Shown in pieces: positions 1-10,509 of a stretch of 64,000 nt of DNA (positions are counted from its first letter, which is position 1; the number at the start of each line of letters is the position of its first letter). Origin of the DNA: Neoechinorhynchus agilis (lineage: Eukaryota > Animalia > Acanthocephala); NCBI GenBank assembly GCA_051530055.1, contig CM121343.1, positions 3,194,389 to 3,258,388 on the forward strand. Reading direction: 5' to 3'. A model generated the notes under the pieces. The model saw only the letters and a program-made list of their open reading frames with translations. It made no database searches and was not told where the DNA came from. A program made the position numbers and the translations under genes.

Positions 1-62
1 GGAGGAACAAGGTTGATGGAGGGACACACACACTAATATAGATAAGTACAAAATCTAAGGAT

Positions 63-629
63 TTACTTTCCTTTTTTCCCTTTTTTGGCCTTGTTAAACC
101 ACCTATTCGCTCTTCTTTGTGCATCATTTTTAAGTTTTACCCTTTCTTTGTGTTCGGCATATCGTTTCCTAACGTATTTCATTTGTTTTTCGTCTTCTTT
201 GAGCTCTTCAAGGAACGGTCTAAGGGGTTTCCTGGCTTGCCTTGTTGTTTCAAGTGTTCGAGGTTTTCCCACGATCCGTCCGATTTGGAAAAATTTTGGG
301 ATGTCTTCGGAATCGTGTTTTTTGTAGAATTTCTTAGGATTGATAGCACGACCAAATCGTAGAATCTCTAACTCTGCTCGAGTTTCTTCACTTACATCGG
401 TGACGGCCTTCATTCCAAACCATTCTGGTCCCTTGGTCAAAATCCGTTGATGCCTACGTTCACGAATCAATTGGCGTTTCGAAAGATCTGGTGCAACGAC
501 TTGTTGTGCTAAATAATTCCCGTCGAGTCGAGTTGGAATTACAATGGAACCGGCATCAAGACAGTCCCTGGAAAAGGCAGCCAATGAGGAACAAGGTCGA
601 CTAAGATCATAGCCGTCGTTTTTATTCAT
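63..629 (-). CDS. FCF2: Fcf2-domain pre-rRNA processing protein (DNTTIP2/TdIF2/Fcf2 family)
   Basis: Motif GPEWFGMKA...ELEILR...NPKKFYKK...PKFFQIGRIV matches the Fcf2 domain, followed by a basic C-terminus ending in TAA. The ATG is preceded by an acceptor-like ttattcag, so an upstream exon is possible. Confidence 0.85.
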   Translation of the reverse strand: MNKNDGYDLSRPCSSLAAFSRDCLDAGSIVIPTRLDGNYLAQQVVAPDLSKRQLIRERRHQRILTKGPEWFGMKAVTDVSEETRAELEILRFGRAINPKKFYKKHDSEDIPKFFQIGRIVGKPRTLETTRQARKPLRPFLEELKEDEKQMKYVRKRYAEHKERVKLKNDAQRRANRWFNKAKKGKKGK

Positions 630-889
630 ATCTGAATAAGGAACATAAATGTGTTTCTTTTGGTGAGATAAAGGAAAACTACAATAGTGATAAGAAACAA
701 TTCAGTTTTTAGTTAATCAAACTGAAAACTCTTTGAATGTTCACTCCCTTTCTGACTAGAAATGTTATCCTCGTTCATCTAATCTCGCTGGAAGTGTATT
801 TGATATCTGCTCCATCAAAGTTAATCGCTGATTTGCTTTCTAAACAGCGATCGACATCAGTGAGCAATTTTGAAAACGTCAGCCCGTTT

Positions 890-1010
890 GGAATCCAAGG
901 AAGACGACTGAGGCAAAGATGGCTGGAAGTCTTACACCAGGACCTCAAAGCTGCAAACCTGTACCCGGATATGGCATATGACAGAGGAAAATCGATAAGA
1001 GCCGACCAAC
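890..1010 (+). mobile_element. RTE-clade LINE, 3' end fragment
   Basis: Translation GRRLRQRWLEVLHQDLKAANLYPDMAYDRGK resembles the RTE ORF C-terminus (GRPKxRWxDxLxxDLK...DRxxW). No RT domain is present. Confidence 0.5.
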
Positions 1011-1521
1011 AAGAATTTGTTAAAGATGTTCTACGAGTCTCGGGTCCCTGATATTTCATTTGTTCGATAACAGGTTTTCTCATTGATTAAAAGGATCGAC
1101 CTCGATGAAATAAATTAGAAAAAATTTAAATCCCTGGGATTGTGGCAAAACAGCCCTTCACGATTTTGATTGAGGATTTTCTATGTGGATGTAACAAAAC
1201 ATGGCACTTCTTCTGTACCATCACGTAATCCGCCACAATTCGATTAGTTTTTGTGGATAGATATCCGGTTAGTTGGTATGGACTATTTCCCCGGTCCCTC
1301 AAAAAAAACCAATCGCCTACGCGCAACGATCGAGTTGGTAGCATCAGACGAGATTATTTACACACACGCGCGTATCGCTCGTTCCCTATATGCGCCAAAC
1401 ATAATGCTTCCAACAAATATGACGTTTTCTCCTACTGCAAACTTCTTTGATTTCCCATTAGGACTGCTGAAGCGTCTTCTTGTTTAAAACCCTTCCCCTC
1501 TTTTATTTCTGTTAAGAAGAT

Positions 1522-3260
1522 ATGTCGGAGCAGTTGGACGCAACGAACCCAAGTGATATTTACGTTCATCATCATCACCATCACCATCATCGTCCGTACC
1601 ATCAACCAGCAATTCAATCATTACCATCGCAGCTTTACACGGGCACTTCTAATGGAGAATATCCACATTTTAATAATCCACATTACGATAGCAACGCCGC
1701 CTATTCTCCCTACTTCGTTGAACGACAACATCAATTCCAATGCTATCTACATCCGTCGTCGTTTTATACACCGCCACCAGCCACAAATCAATACACAATG
1801 ATTTCTCCTTTCAATCATCCCGAAACAACCGCTCTGTGCCATCAGCAGCAGCAGCAATCACAAAGGTTCTGCAATGATCAGCTATGCTATTTCTCAACCA
1901 ACGATGGAATCGCAACTCAACTCAGGCAACAACGTTTCACGTACCCACATGCCGCCACACGAACGGCCACTACCGTTCTACCACCACCGCCACCACCACC
2001 GCCGCCGCCGCCGACAACAACAACAACAAAAACAACAACAAATAGCCAATACTATTACGATGTCCAAGAGTTAAGTGCCAGTAACCATCAACAATCTTCA
2101 ATACAACAACCTACACGCCCCAAGCAGGGACGACAACATAAACGCAAGAGGCCAAGGACAAATGGAGCTGCTGAGGAAGATAAGAAACGGGTTTATATAT
2201 GGGATCTGGACGGAGTTATTCTTGGATATCTCGATATCCTCAGAATGAACGATCCGTGCATCACCAGAATTGAAAATATGGCACTATCTTCTCATCAGCT
2301 TCTAAAACCAAAATCACCAGGGTGGATAAATTTTAGAATTTCATCGTCTTTAAACCCCTCATGAGAAGATAGCCAATATCAGAGACCTCGTTCAACGAAT
2401 GGAGGAATTAATCAACCAGTTCTGTGTAAAACACTTAAATTACGTTGAATTGAAGGTGAGAAAGTCTCGAAGGAGGTTTATTCGGTAATAACCCTTTTTA
2501 ACGCACACACACAGCCGTACGAACAAATGCAAATGATTGACGGAATAGAAGATTTTCTCAATATTGAGCAGAGCATTCCATGCGACAATGACGGACTTTC
2601 CACATTGGAAAAAAGCAGAGATTCATACGACCTAAAGATGAGAATTGCGACTCGGATTCGATCTATAGTTAAATTTTATGGAAAAGAGGCATCGCTGGAG
2701 GCGATCGGTTGGTATGCGTAAAAAATTGATGGATAATTTTCGCTATTTAGAGTTGACAAAAAGTCAATACGATTTCTCCCAATTGCTTGAACGGATGAAC
2801 CTTGCGAACCATGGTTGGACCCAGCACGCTAGAAGTGCGATTGAAATGGCCAATGGGAGAGAAGATGTTGTGAATGTTCTCGTTACTAATTCACCGCTTA
2901 TTCCGGCTTTGTGTAAACTCATGATTTTTGATTTTACCGATTACTTTCCAGTTGATACTGTCTATAGTTCAACTGTCACAGGTTCATATCAGAGAGTTGA
3001 TAGTTCTATCTTAACAAAAATGAAATAAAGGCAAAAAACAATGTTTTGAACGAATCGAAACCAAATATGGAAAAGATCTAATCTACGTTGTGGTTGGACG
3101 AGGTGAAGATGAACGTATCGCCGCACAAGAGGCAAGTTTTTATCCTTAGAATCAGCCTTCCAAAAACAAAAAACTCTAGATGCAATGGTCCTCCTTTCCG
3201 ATCAATAACACACTCGACATCCAAAATCTCAGATTGTCGATCGCAAGCAGACTCATTTAA
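1522..3260 (+). CDS. eya: Eyes absent (EYA) HAD-family phosphatase/co-activator, multi-exon
   Basis: P/S/T/Y/Q/H-rich N-terminus, then EYA-domain motifs RVYIWDLD, RMEELI, NVLVT-SPLIPALCKLMIF, GKKQCFERI, YVVVG and a C-terminal helix. Introns inferred at 2322(or 2346)-2382, 2456-2514, 2708-2750, 2982-3030 and 3132-3179 (GC-AG); ends in TAA at 3258-3260. Confidence 0.9.
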
Positions 3261-3329
3261 TGATAGGAAAACAATTTAAGAATAAATTTTATCCTGGCGT
3301 CGCTTTAGAAAAAAGATTCTGCGCGTTGC

Positions 3330-3810
3330 AGAATACGGAAGAAATAAGAGTAGAAACGCAGTGATGTCGATCAAATGTTTTTTAGATGCGGAAGAAATAA
3401 GAGTAGAAAAATCAATGGCGTAGATCAAATATTTTTAAGATACGGAAGAAATAAGAGTAGAAAAATCGGTGACGTAGATCAAAATTTTTTTGCATACGCA
3501 ATAGAATGAAAACCTACGCGAAGGAAGAAAATCATCAAATAAATCAATTATTATAGTGGCACAAAACGTGCAATCACCACCGTGCGCAAAATGTTAGCTT
3601 CTCTCCTTCCTCGGCTGTCACCATCATGCTAACAGCGTGAGATATTTTGTCGTAGGAATACACCTGCTCTTGCGTCGCCGATCGATTCTCTTCGCTATAA
3701 AAAAAGGAAAGAAATAAAAGTAGAAACGCAGTGACGTAAATCAAATGTTTTTTAAGATACGGAAGAAATGAAAGTAGAAAATCAGTGACGTAGATCAAAA
3801 GAAATGTCCC
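3330..3810. repeat. ~54-bp minisatellite, 5 copies, split by a retroelement fragment
   Basis: GGAAGAAATAAGAGTAGAAA...GTGACGTAGATCAAA recurs near 3337, 3390 and 3444, and again near 3706 and 3760. Confidence 0.85.
3565..3685 (-). mobile_element. CRE-like (RLE) non-LTR retrotransposon, 3' fragment
   Basis: The reverse complement aligns by eye with the element ends at 41790-41890 and 53140-53270 (GVFLRQNIS...MVTAEEGEKL, GGTGGTGA tail). Confidence 0.75.
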
Positions 3811-4158
3811 GCTCTTCATTGTTCGCAAGTTGTGGAATATAACACGATGAAAATTGATTCATTTCTCGAAGCGGAACATTCTGAACGTCAAATCTCAGTG
3901 TGAAGCGGTAAATTGATTTTGACTTGTGCTGGGTGTGAGTACCTCTCAACGAAATAAAGTACTGTTTTTTTTGTGAAAGAATTGTTGAGGATGACAATAG
4001 TTGTATTGAAGGCGAATTAGCTCAATCCAACGATCACACAGACATGAAAATCGAGAAATGTGAAAAGGGTTCTCGAGCTGGCAGCAGTAAAACCTGCTTC
4101 GCCCTCGCTGCCAATTCTGATAAGGAAAAACTGTTGGATTGAACCTAAGAGCGGGAAA

Positions 4159-7100
4159 CTAATTTGCGTCGTTTGGACGCATGAATCCAGTTTCCCTCAA
4201 AATCTTAAACGCTTCCTCCTCAGCTCGCTTCAAGATCTTATCGGAATCCTCTGGACCAAGCATTGAGATTTGATTACCGTCCCAATGTAGACCACAAGAA
4301 TCCAACAATCTAATAACGTCTTGCTGGCTAACAGGAATCTCCCGGATATGACCATTTTGTTCCAGCAACATTCTAACATCAAATCCTCGTATTAGTTTGT
4401 TATACTTCACAGTGGGCTGTTTTCCGCGATAAAATAGAACCCTTGCGCGTTCATTAGCCTCTCGCCAAGTTAAACCGCGGCCGACACTCGCTGACCTCGG
4501 TGTAGAAGTGGGAACGTAAGGTGAGCTCGTGTAAGTCCGCTCCGTTTCTTCATCCGTTGTAAGTGTAAAATCCAAAGTGGCTTGTTCCTTGGGTTCCGCG
4601 AAGGCTCGTGATTGAGAAAAAACCCTGGTACCATATCTCGAAGAACAAGTGCAGTTGCAACAGCATCCACAACACACGGTCGTGTCTGGTGGAAGGCTGA
4701 ATGAAATCTCGCGTAAGACAAGAGGTTTGCCGGATAAGCGATCTCTCAGTAAATTCATCGCCTTGTCATCAGGACTATCGAACTCATTGGCAAAGTATGC
4801 TTGCTCGATAAGATTGCAGATTGAAGAAGCTAACGGAAATAGACTGTCGTCCGGGTATTCCTGCTTTAATTTGTCAGTAACTTCATCAAATGTCTTTGCG
4901 CTCAGTATGTACTCAAAGGCCTTATCGATTATAGGTTCAATATCGCTCTGCGAAACTTCAGGGTGCTTCTCATGTTCACGCAAAACATTAACAATCGCTC
5001 GTTTCAGCTCTTCTCGATTACGTTGAAGATTTGAGTCCGCTCGCTGACTTAGGAGAGTCGATGCAGTTGCGTCAATTCGAGGCTCTCCGCCGTGGGTAAT
5101 GTTGATTAAGATTTTAACGGGTGATCGCAAATCAAAACCATCAATTACGCCTGATAAATTCCTTGAAAGATCGTCAACTACAACATCTACGAGATCGCAG
5201 TCTTGTGGAAATGCGTCTTGCAATTGAGATCGCAGATCATTTATATCGGATATAGGCTGCTTCTTTAGTATATTTTCAGCTTCCTTAATGATTTTACCTA
5301 TTTTGCGTTTTTGTTTCTTATCTTCTGATTTGTCAACGTCGCCAATTAGCCTCTTTTCGGTTGATCTTATAACATCGGGCAGATGAATTCGAAGAGTCCC
5401 ATCAATTAGCCTCGGGTATTTTCCTCTGGAGTCCATTACCAACAGATCTAGTTCTCTATCATCTATACTGACAGTGCCCGCGGGAGAACTATTCGGAAGA
5501 TGTTCAATAACATCGACTATAGGATCAACGAGGTGTCGATGTTTCGGATGCTCATTCTTGAGTTGGTTTCGAAGTACCGTTAGTGTCGGCACGCTTCCAT
5601 TTTTGAGTCGTTCTAACGCCTTTCTAGTAATCTTACCAATTTCAGATTTGCTTTCGTCTGGGTAAACCGATGAAAATCTATCGGCTAATCTTTTCTCAAG
5701 TCTTGCTGTCCGTGGTTGTTTCTGAAGGAAATCCAGCAAGGTGATACATTCCGGTGACAAGACTAAAGGAGCGGCTGTTCTTGTAGAAGGCCTGTTGCAT
5801 GAAAAGCATCGAGAACTTCTCTTCTCTTGATGCCTATCTCGCATTTTTACAGGTTTCGTGCCGGAAACTTCGTCCGTTATTACGTGCGACGGTACTTTAG
5901 CTTCGTCTTTTGCCTTTATGGGACTAACGCTAGCGCCGGATAAGTGGCGTTTGGACGGAACGCCTTCTTTGTTGATAAGTTTATCTCCGGGACTCACAAC
6001 TTGAACGACGGGACTCTTTGTTCGCGGTGATCCCTTTCTTCCTTTCCGTTCCTTTTTGTGTTCACCGGACTTTGATCCAAAACAAGTAAGGCATTTGATT
6101 TGTTTATCTTCTTTGTGGCGGTCGTCAGCAGGTAAACTCTCAGGAGTCTCTGCAACCGTTGACTTTACTTGTTCATCTGCGTGATCAATATCAGCCTGCG
6201 GTTCTGACCTTACACACTTAAAGCAACGACTGACTCGCGTTGATCCGAATTTAGACTTTTCATGACTTTTAGGTTCGCCTTCATCGGTAAAATCAGTGTC
6301 ATGTCGTTTCTCCCTTTTACCACATGCAAAGCAAGGTTTACGTTTTCCTGGCTCACGTTCATCTACGTGCTTCTGGAATCGTCCGGCATCATCATCATCA
6401 TCATGAAGAGCTTGATGTTCACGTGACTTGCCACCACACGGGAAGCACGTAGTACCATCTTTATCCTTCCGTTTCTTTAGCTTTTCTGTGATAACCGGAG
6501 CAGAAGTGCTTGGCTCCACACCACTTGTTTCTTGAATAATAGATGCTACCCGTCGAGGAGAATTATCGCGTCCTTGAGCACTGGATCTTGGAGTGAAACA
6601 TGTAAGGCACTTGCTTCGGTGATCATCATCCAAATGCTTTTCAGTGGATAACTTCTTTGGTTTTTGATCGTCCTCTGCGAATTCAGGTTCCACCCCGTGT
6701 TCAATGTGCCGTTTATCCCTCACTTTCCCACAAGGACAACACTGTGAGAAACGCGTTGGCCCATGTTCGTGCTCCGGCTCGTCGTGATGTTTCTTAGGTT
6801 TACCTTTCCCAGCAGCAATGGGCATGGTAGCAGTTGTAGCTACGGCTGGTCCTTCAATGTCTGGTAGATTGAAATTTGGTGGACTGTAGAGTTTTCCGCC
6901 TTCTTCGGCAACTCGTTTTGGATGCTTGGGTGCAGACATTATTTGACCCTCATCTTTTGCCTTCCTTGCTTCATCTCCTTTAGTCCCAAAGCATGCGAGG
7001 CACCGGTTAGCGCCTTCATCGTGAGCTCGTGCTGCTGCTCGTTTTTTTGTGCGTGATTCTTGACCAATTAAGACTCCAGGCATTTCGTGATCTGCCATTA

Positions 7101-8561
7101 TAGTGGCAATCCCAGACTGAGGAAACTTCATGTATCCTACTCCGACATCCTCCGGGACCGTGTAATCTATGGATATATGAAGTGGCTCTCCATGATAGTC
7201 GCGTGGATAGGCGGGCTCGACTGGTTGTTCTGGCGGTGTAGCGGCGTAGCCCACAGGCTTCATTGAGTCAGAACGTTCACGTGTATCAGATGGACCAAAC
7301 GTATCGCCAGTTGGACTAATTCGTTTGGTTGTGTCTGATTTGACTTTTTTAGGTTCAACGTCTGAACTTCTAGGAACCGATTCGCTTGGTAGAAATTTTC
7401 GGGCAGGGCGTTTTCCAGATTCGTCTACATCCGGAGGATGTTCGGCATGTTCGGACATTATGCTTGCAATGAGGCCCGCACCGGTGGCTATCCCCAAAGC
7501 TCCAGGTTTGTGTGCATCTATCATTTTCGATATTCCTTTAAGTGAATCAGGATGAATTCGCGATTTTCCTTCTTGTACTGACGCATCCGGGTGTGCATAA
7601 AAATCGCCAAGATCACCACGAGGATGAAGCGCCTGTTTGTGAAAATCAAGTATTCGCTTAAGTCCTGTGAAACTTGGTTCCTCGCTGGCTTTTTCACCTG
7701 AAAGTTTATCAGCATCGTCCTTTGGTTTCCCAAGCAGATGCTTGTGTTTTGCCGAACTAGAAGATCGACTCCTTTGTTTACCATCTCTAATCTCAGAATC
7801 GTCTTCACTTTCGGTTGATTGCTTTGTTGGTGCTTTACTGCTGCCACTGAACCACGGAAACAAAGGTTGTCGGTGTGCCTTAGACGATCGATCTGCCGCT
7901 TCGCTCGGTTCTCCGGGTTTAGGGAGACCGGATTTTTCTTCCTCCGGCTGTCGTTCCTTTTTCCTTCCGAATAGAGAGAAAGACCTTTTGTGAGCACGAT
8001 GTCTGCTAGTTGGCTCTTCGAACTCGTCTTCGATTTCTTCACCCTTGTGGGTAGTGGAACTATCATCTGCCCGTCGTATTTTGAAGAATACAGAAGGCGG
8101 CTTCGGCGAGCCATCGTCCGTTGAATGTTTGACTTCCAAAGGAGAAGTCTGATGTGTTCGACCTGGTATTACGTTGAAACGTTCTGAATGATGAATGCTT
8201 ACATAATCATCAGCAGGGGCGCCTTGTTGTTGAATTCTCCCTTCCTGCTCAAGCCAGACGCTGTCTCGTTCTTGCTTAAGAGTCGGGACTGACAATTCCA
8301 GAGTTGATGGTCTTGTGTCTCCTACATCAGCACATAGAGAACCAAGTAGTGGTTTGTTGATGTCAAAAGTAGTAGGCTTTCCAGGTCCTCCAAAAGTAAA
8401 CCGCTTCCATGGACTGTGTGGCTTTGAAGTTTCGATCGAGCTAGCATCGATTTGTGGCAACTGCACAGACGGTGGCTCCAATGATGGTGCTCGTAAGTGT
8501 TTCTTCTTTTTCCCTTTTAAAGAGTCTTCGTGTAAGTTTTGTAATTTTGAACAAAAAAACA
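4159..8561 (-). CDS. Large exon of an uncharacterised ~2,100-aa protein: charged low-complexity region with 8 spaced CxxC motifs, 3 helical repeats and a distinct C-terminal domain
   Basis: A 1478-codon open frame whose first ATG lies about 355 codons in, preceded by an acceptor ttttcaag at 8562. It therefore looks like an internal/terminal exon joined to the in-frame ORF at 8611-10509. Confidence 0.8.
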
Positions 8562-8610
8562 CTTGAAAAGTATATATTTTCGTTGAATTCACCAAACCTC
8601 ACCCAATAAC

Positions 8611-10509
8611 CTAATGCCAAATCATAGAAGACTCTCTAAACATAGGCGAAGATGTCTCTGGAAGTGACGAGTCAGCTAATAATCTCGGAGTACTTTCCAT
8701 GGCCTCCGCGATAATTTCCGAAATGTGTTCAGATTGTGGTTGTTCTAGGTAGTACTTTTCCGGTGACACATCTTCTCCCTTTTCATGTTTCTGATAATCA
8801 GACGGTAACGTTGATCTTTTACCTCGGTGATCCTTAATGATTGATGAAACATACGTGACAGGCGCACCAATTGCTGAACCCGTTGCAGCCACGACGTCTT
8901 TCACCGATTTAGGCCTTGTCAATCCTTCTCTTAGTTCTGATGCTTCTCTATCCGTAGGAGAAATAGCTTCCGCAGATGTTGACAATTTTCTCATTGTCTT
9001 CAGCTGTGATCGTCCCCTTGACATTTTTTCCTCGTCGCTAGTGGTGCCAGTCAGCGGTCTACCTACTCTTGTACTTGCTACCGCCGCCGTTGCCGCTGCT
9101 GCTATTTCGACATCACGGACAAATTTATCGTCCGGAATGGTATCCATCAGTAATCTTAATTTGCTCTCGGTGTCGTATTCTGTGAAAATATATTCGATAA
9201 CATTGCTGATAGGCCCTACCATATTGACAGCATCCGGATACTCCACATTCTCAGCCCATATCTGATCTTTATAATCGGGCCAACTATCACATCTATCATA
9301 ATGGAGGAGATCCAACGATCTGGAAATTATTTTTCGTGCTCTATACGCCTCGTCGTCGTCTTTGAATCTTTCGACTTTGTCAATCAAGTCAAAAAAGTAA
9401 GTGCTCAATTGAAGATTATTGTTACGTATAACTTGTTTTTGACCGTCCGATATTAATGGGTGATATTTCAATTGATATGTTTTTGGCAAGGATTTTCGGT
9501 GTACCACATCCGACAACGATTGACGCGATTTCCCCGATGGAACTTTCATCTCCTTGCCAACTGATACCTCCCGTGGAGCACCATCAATATTTTTGCTACC
9601 TGAATCTGATTGCTTTTTCGAAGATCTACATTTTGATCTTGTGCACCGACATAGGTTAGAAAAGCGGCTTGGGCGCATTGATTCTTGGCCTGCATGAGTT
9701 GGTCTTTCATATACGGACAATGGGCGCCGAACTCGACCATTATCTCTCCGCAAGCGCTCGTCTTGACCGTGATATGAAGGACTCCGGTGAGGTTCACCGT
9801 GTTCATCGTAGTACAAGTGCCTATCACCGTCATGATCAGAACGAACTCGTGCGGGAAGTGAAGGAGAATGTCGACTTCGTTGATTGTCATATCTTTGATC
9901 GTAATCGAGCCCTGCCATTTGTTCATGTCCTCCTTGCTTTCTGAGGCATTTTGAGAGCAAACAAGGAGACGATCTTCGATGAACGATTGTGCTGCCTCCA
10001 ATGAATCTAGGGCGGCTCCATTCAGATTTAAGGCTCAGTTGTTTACCCGGCACTAAATCGTCTTCAGATAAACTAGTGCCCAATTCCAGTTTCGCGTCTT
10101 GTACATCCTTATCTGTTTTTAGCACATAAACTTTTGTTACTTCAGTTGTTTCGGTTTTGGTAACCGTTGTAATGCGACTATTGGTCAATGGATCCTCAGA
10201 CACAACGCGTTTCGTATGAATCTTTCTTTTAACTCTCTTATCGTCTCCTTCTTCGACGGACTCAACTACTTCAACGGGGCATCCACTACCCGTTTCCTCA
10301 AACGTTTTTGTAGTTTGTGGAACGGACTGGGAGCCACGCGAATCCGTTGCACCCATTATAGCATGGCTTGACTGCCGCACTTTATCTATTTCATCCAGTG
10401 CGTGCTTTTCAGCATAGAAAACAACATCGTGACTGGATTTATCAAGAAATGTAACCTCTATCGGCTGGCCGATTTCTATACTCCTTACTTTACGACGCTC
10501 GCCGTCCAT
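8611..10509 (-). CDS. First coding exon of the same uncharacterised large protein (or a 632-aa short isoform)
   Basis: 632-codon ORF in the same frame as 4159-8595 and only 15 nt away; it carries one copy of the helical repeat seen in that ORF. A canonical 132-nt GT-AG intron (8562-8693) would join them. Confidence 0.75.
   Translation of the reverse strand: MDGERRKVRSIEIGQPIEVTFLDKSSHDVVFYAEKHALDEIDKVRQSSHAIMGATDSRGSQSVPQTTKTFEETGSGCPVEVVESVEEGDDKRVKRKIHTKRVVSEDPLTNSRITTVTKTETTEVTKVYVLKTDKDVQDAKLELGTSLSEDDLVPGKQLSLKSEWSRPRFIGGSTIVHRRSSPCLLSKCLRKQGGHEQMAGLDYDQRYDNQRSRHSPSLPARVRSDHDGDRHLYYDEHGEPHRSPSYHGQDERLRRDNGRVRRPLSVYERPTHAGQESMRPSRFSNLCRCTRSKCRSSKKQSDSGSKNIDGAPREVSVGKEMKVPSGKSRQSLSDVVHRKSLPKTYQLKYHPLISDGQKQVIRNNNLQLSTYFFDLIDKVERFKDDDEAYRARKIISRSLDLLHYDRCDSWPDYKDQIWAENVEYPDAVNMVGPISNVIEYIFTEYDTESKLRLLMDTIPDDKFVRDVEIAAAATAAVASTRVGRPLTGTTSDEEKMSRGRSQLKTMRKLSTSAEAISPTDREASELREGLTRPKSVKDVVAATGSAIGAPVTYVSSIIKDHRGKRSTLPSDYQKHEKGEDVSPEKYYLEQPQSEHISEIIAEAMESTPRLLADSSLPETSSPMFRESSMIWH

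Noticed and set aside
2320-2385. Programmed +1 frameshift in EYA
   Set aside because: A canonical 37- or 61-nt GT-AG intron ending at 2382 restores the frame.
4470-10001. Numerous short ORFs overlapping the two large minus-strand ORFs (and CTR9)
   Set aside because: They are alternative-frame or antisense shadows with no motifs.
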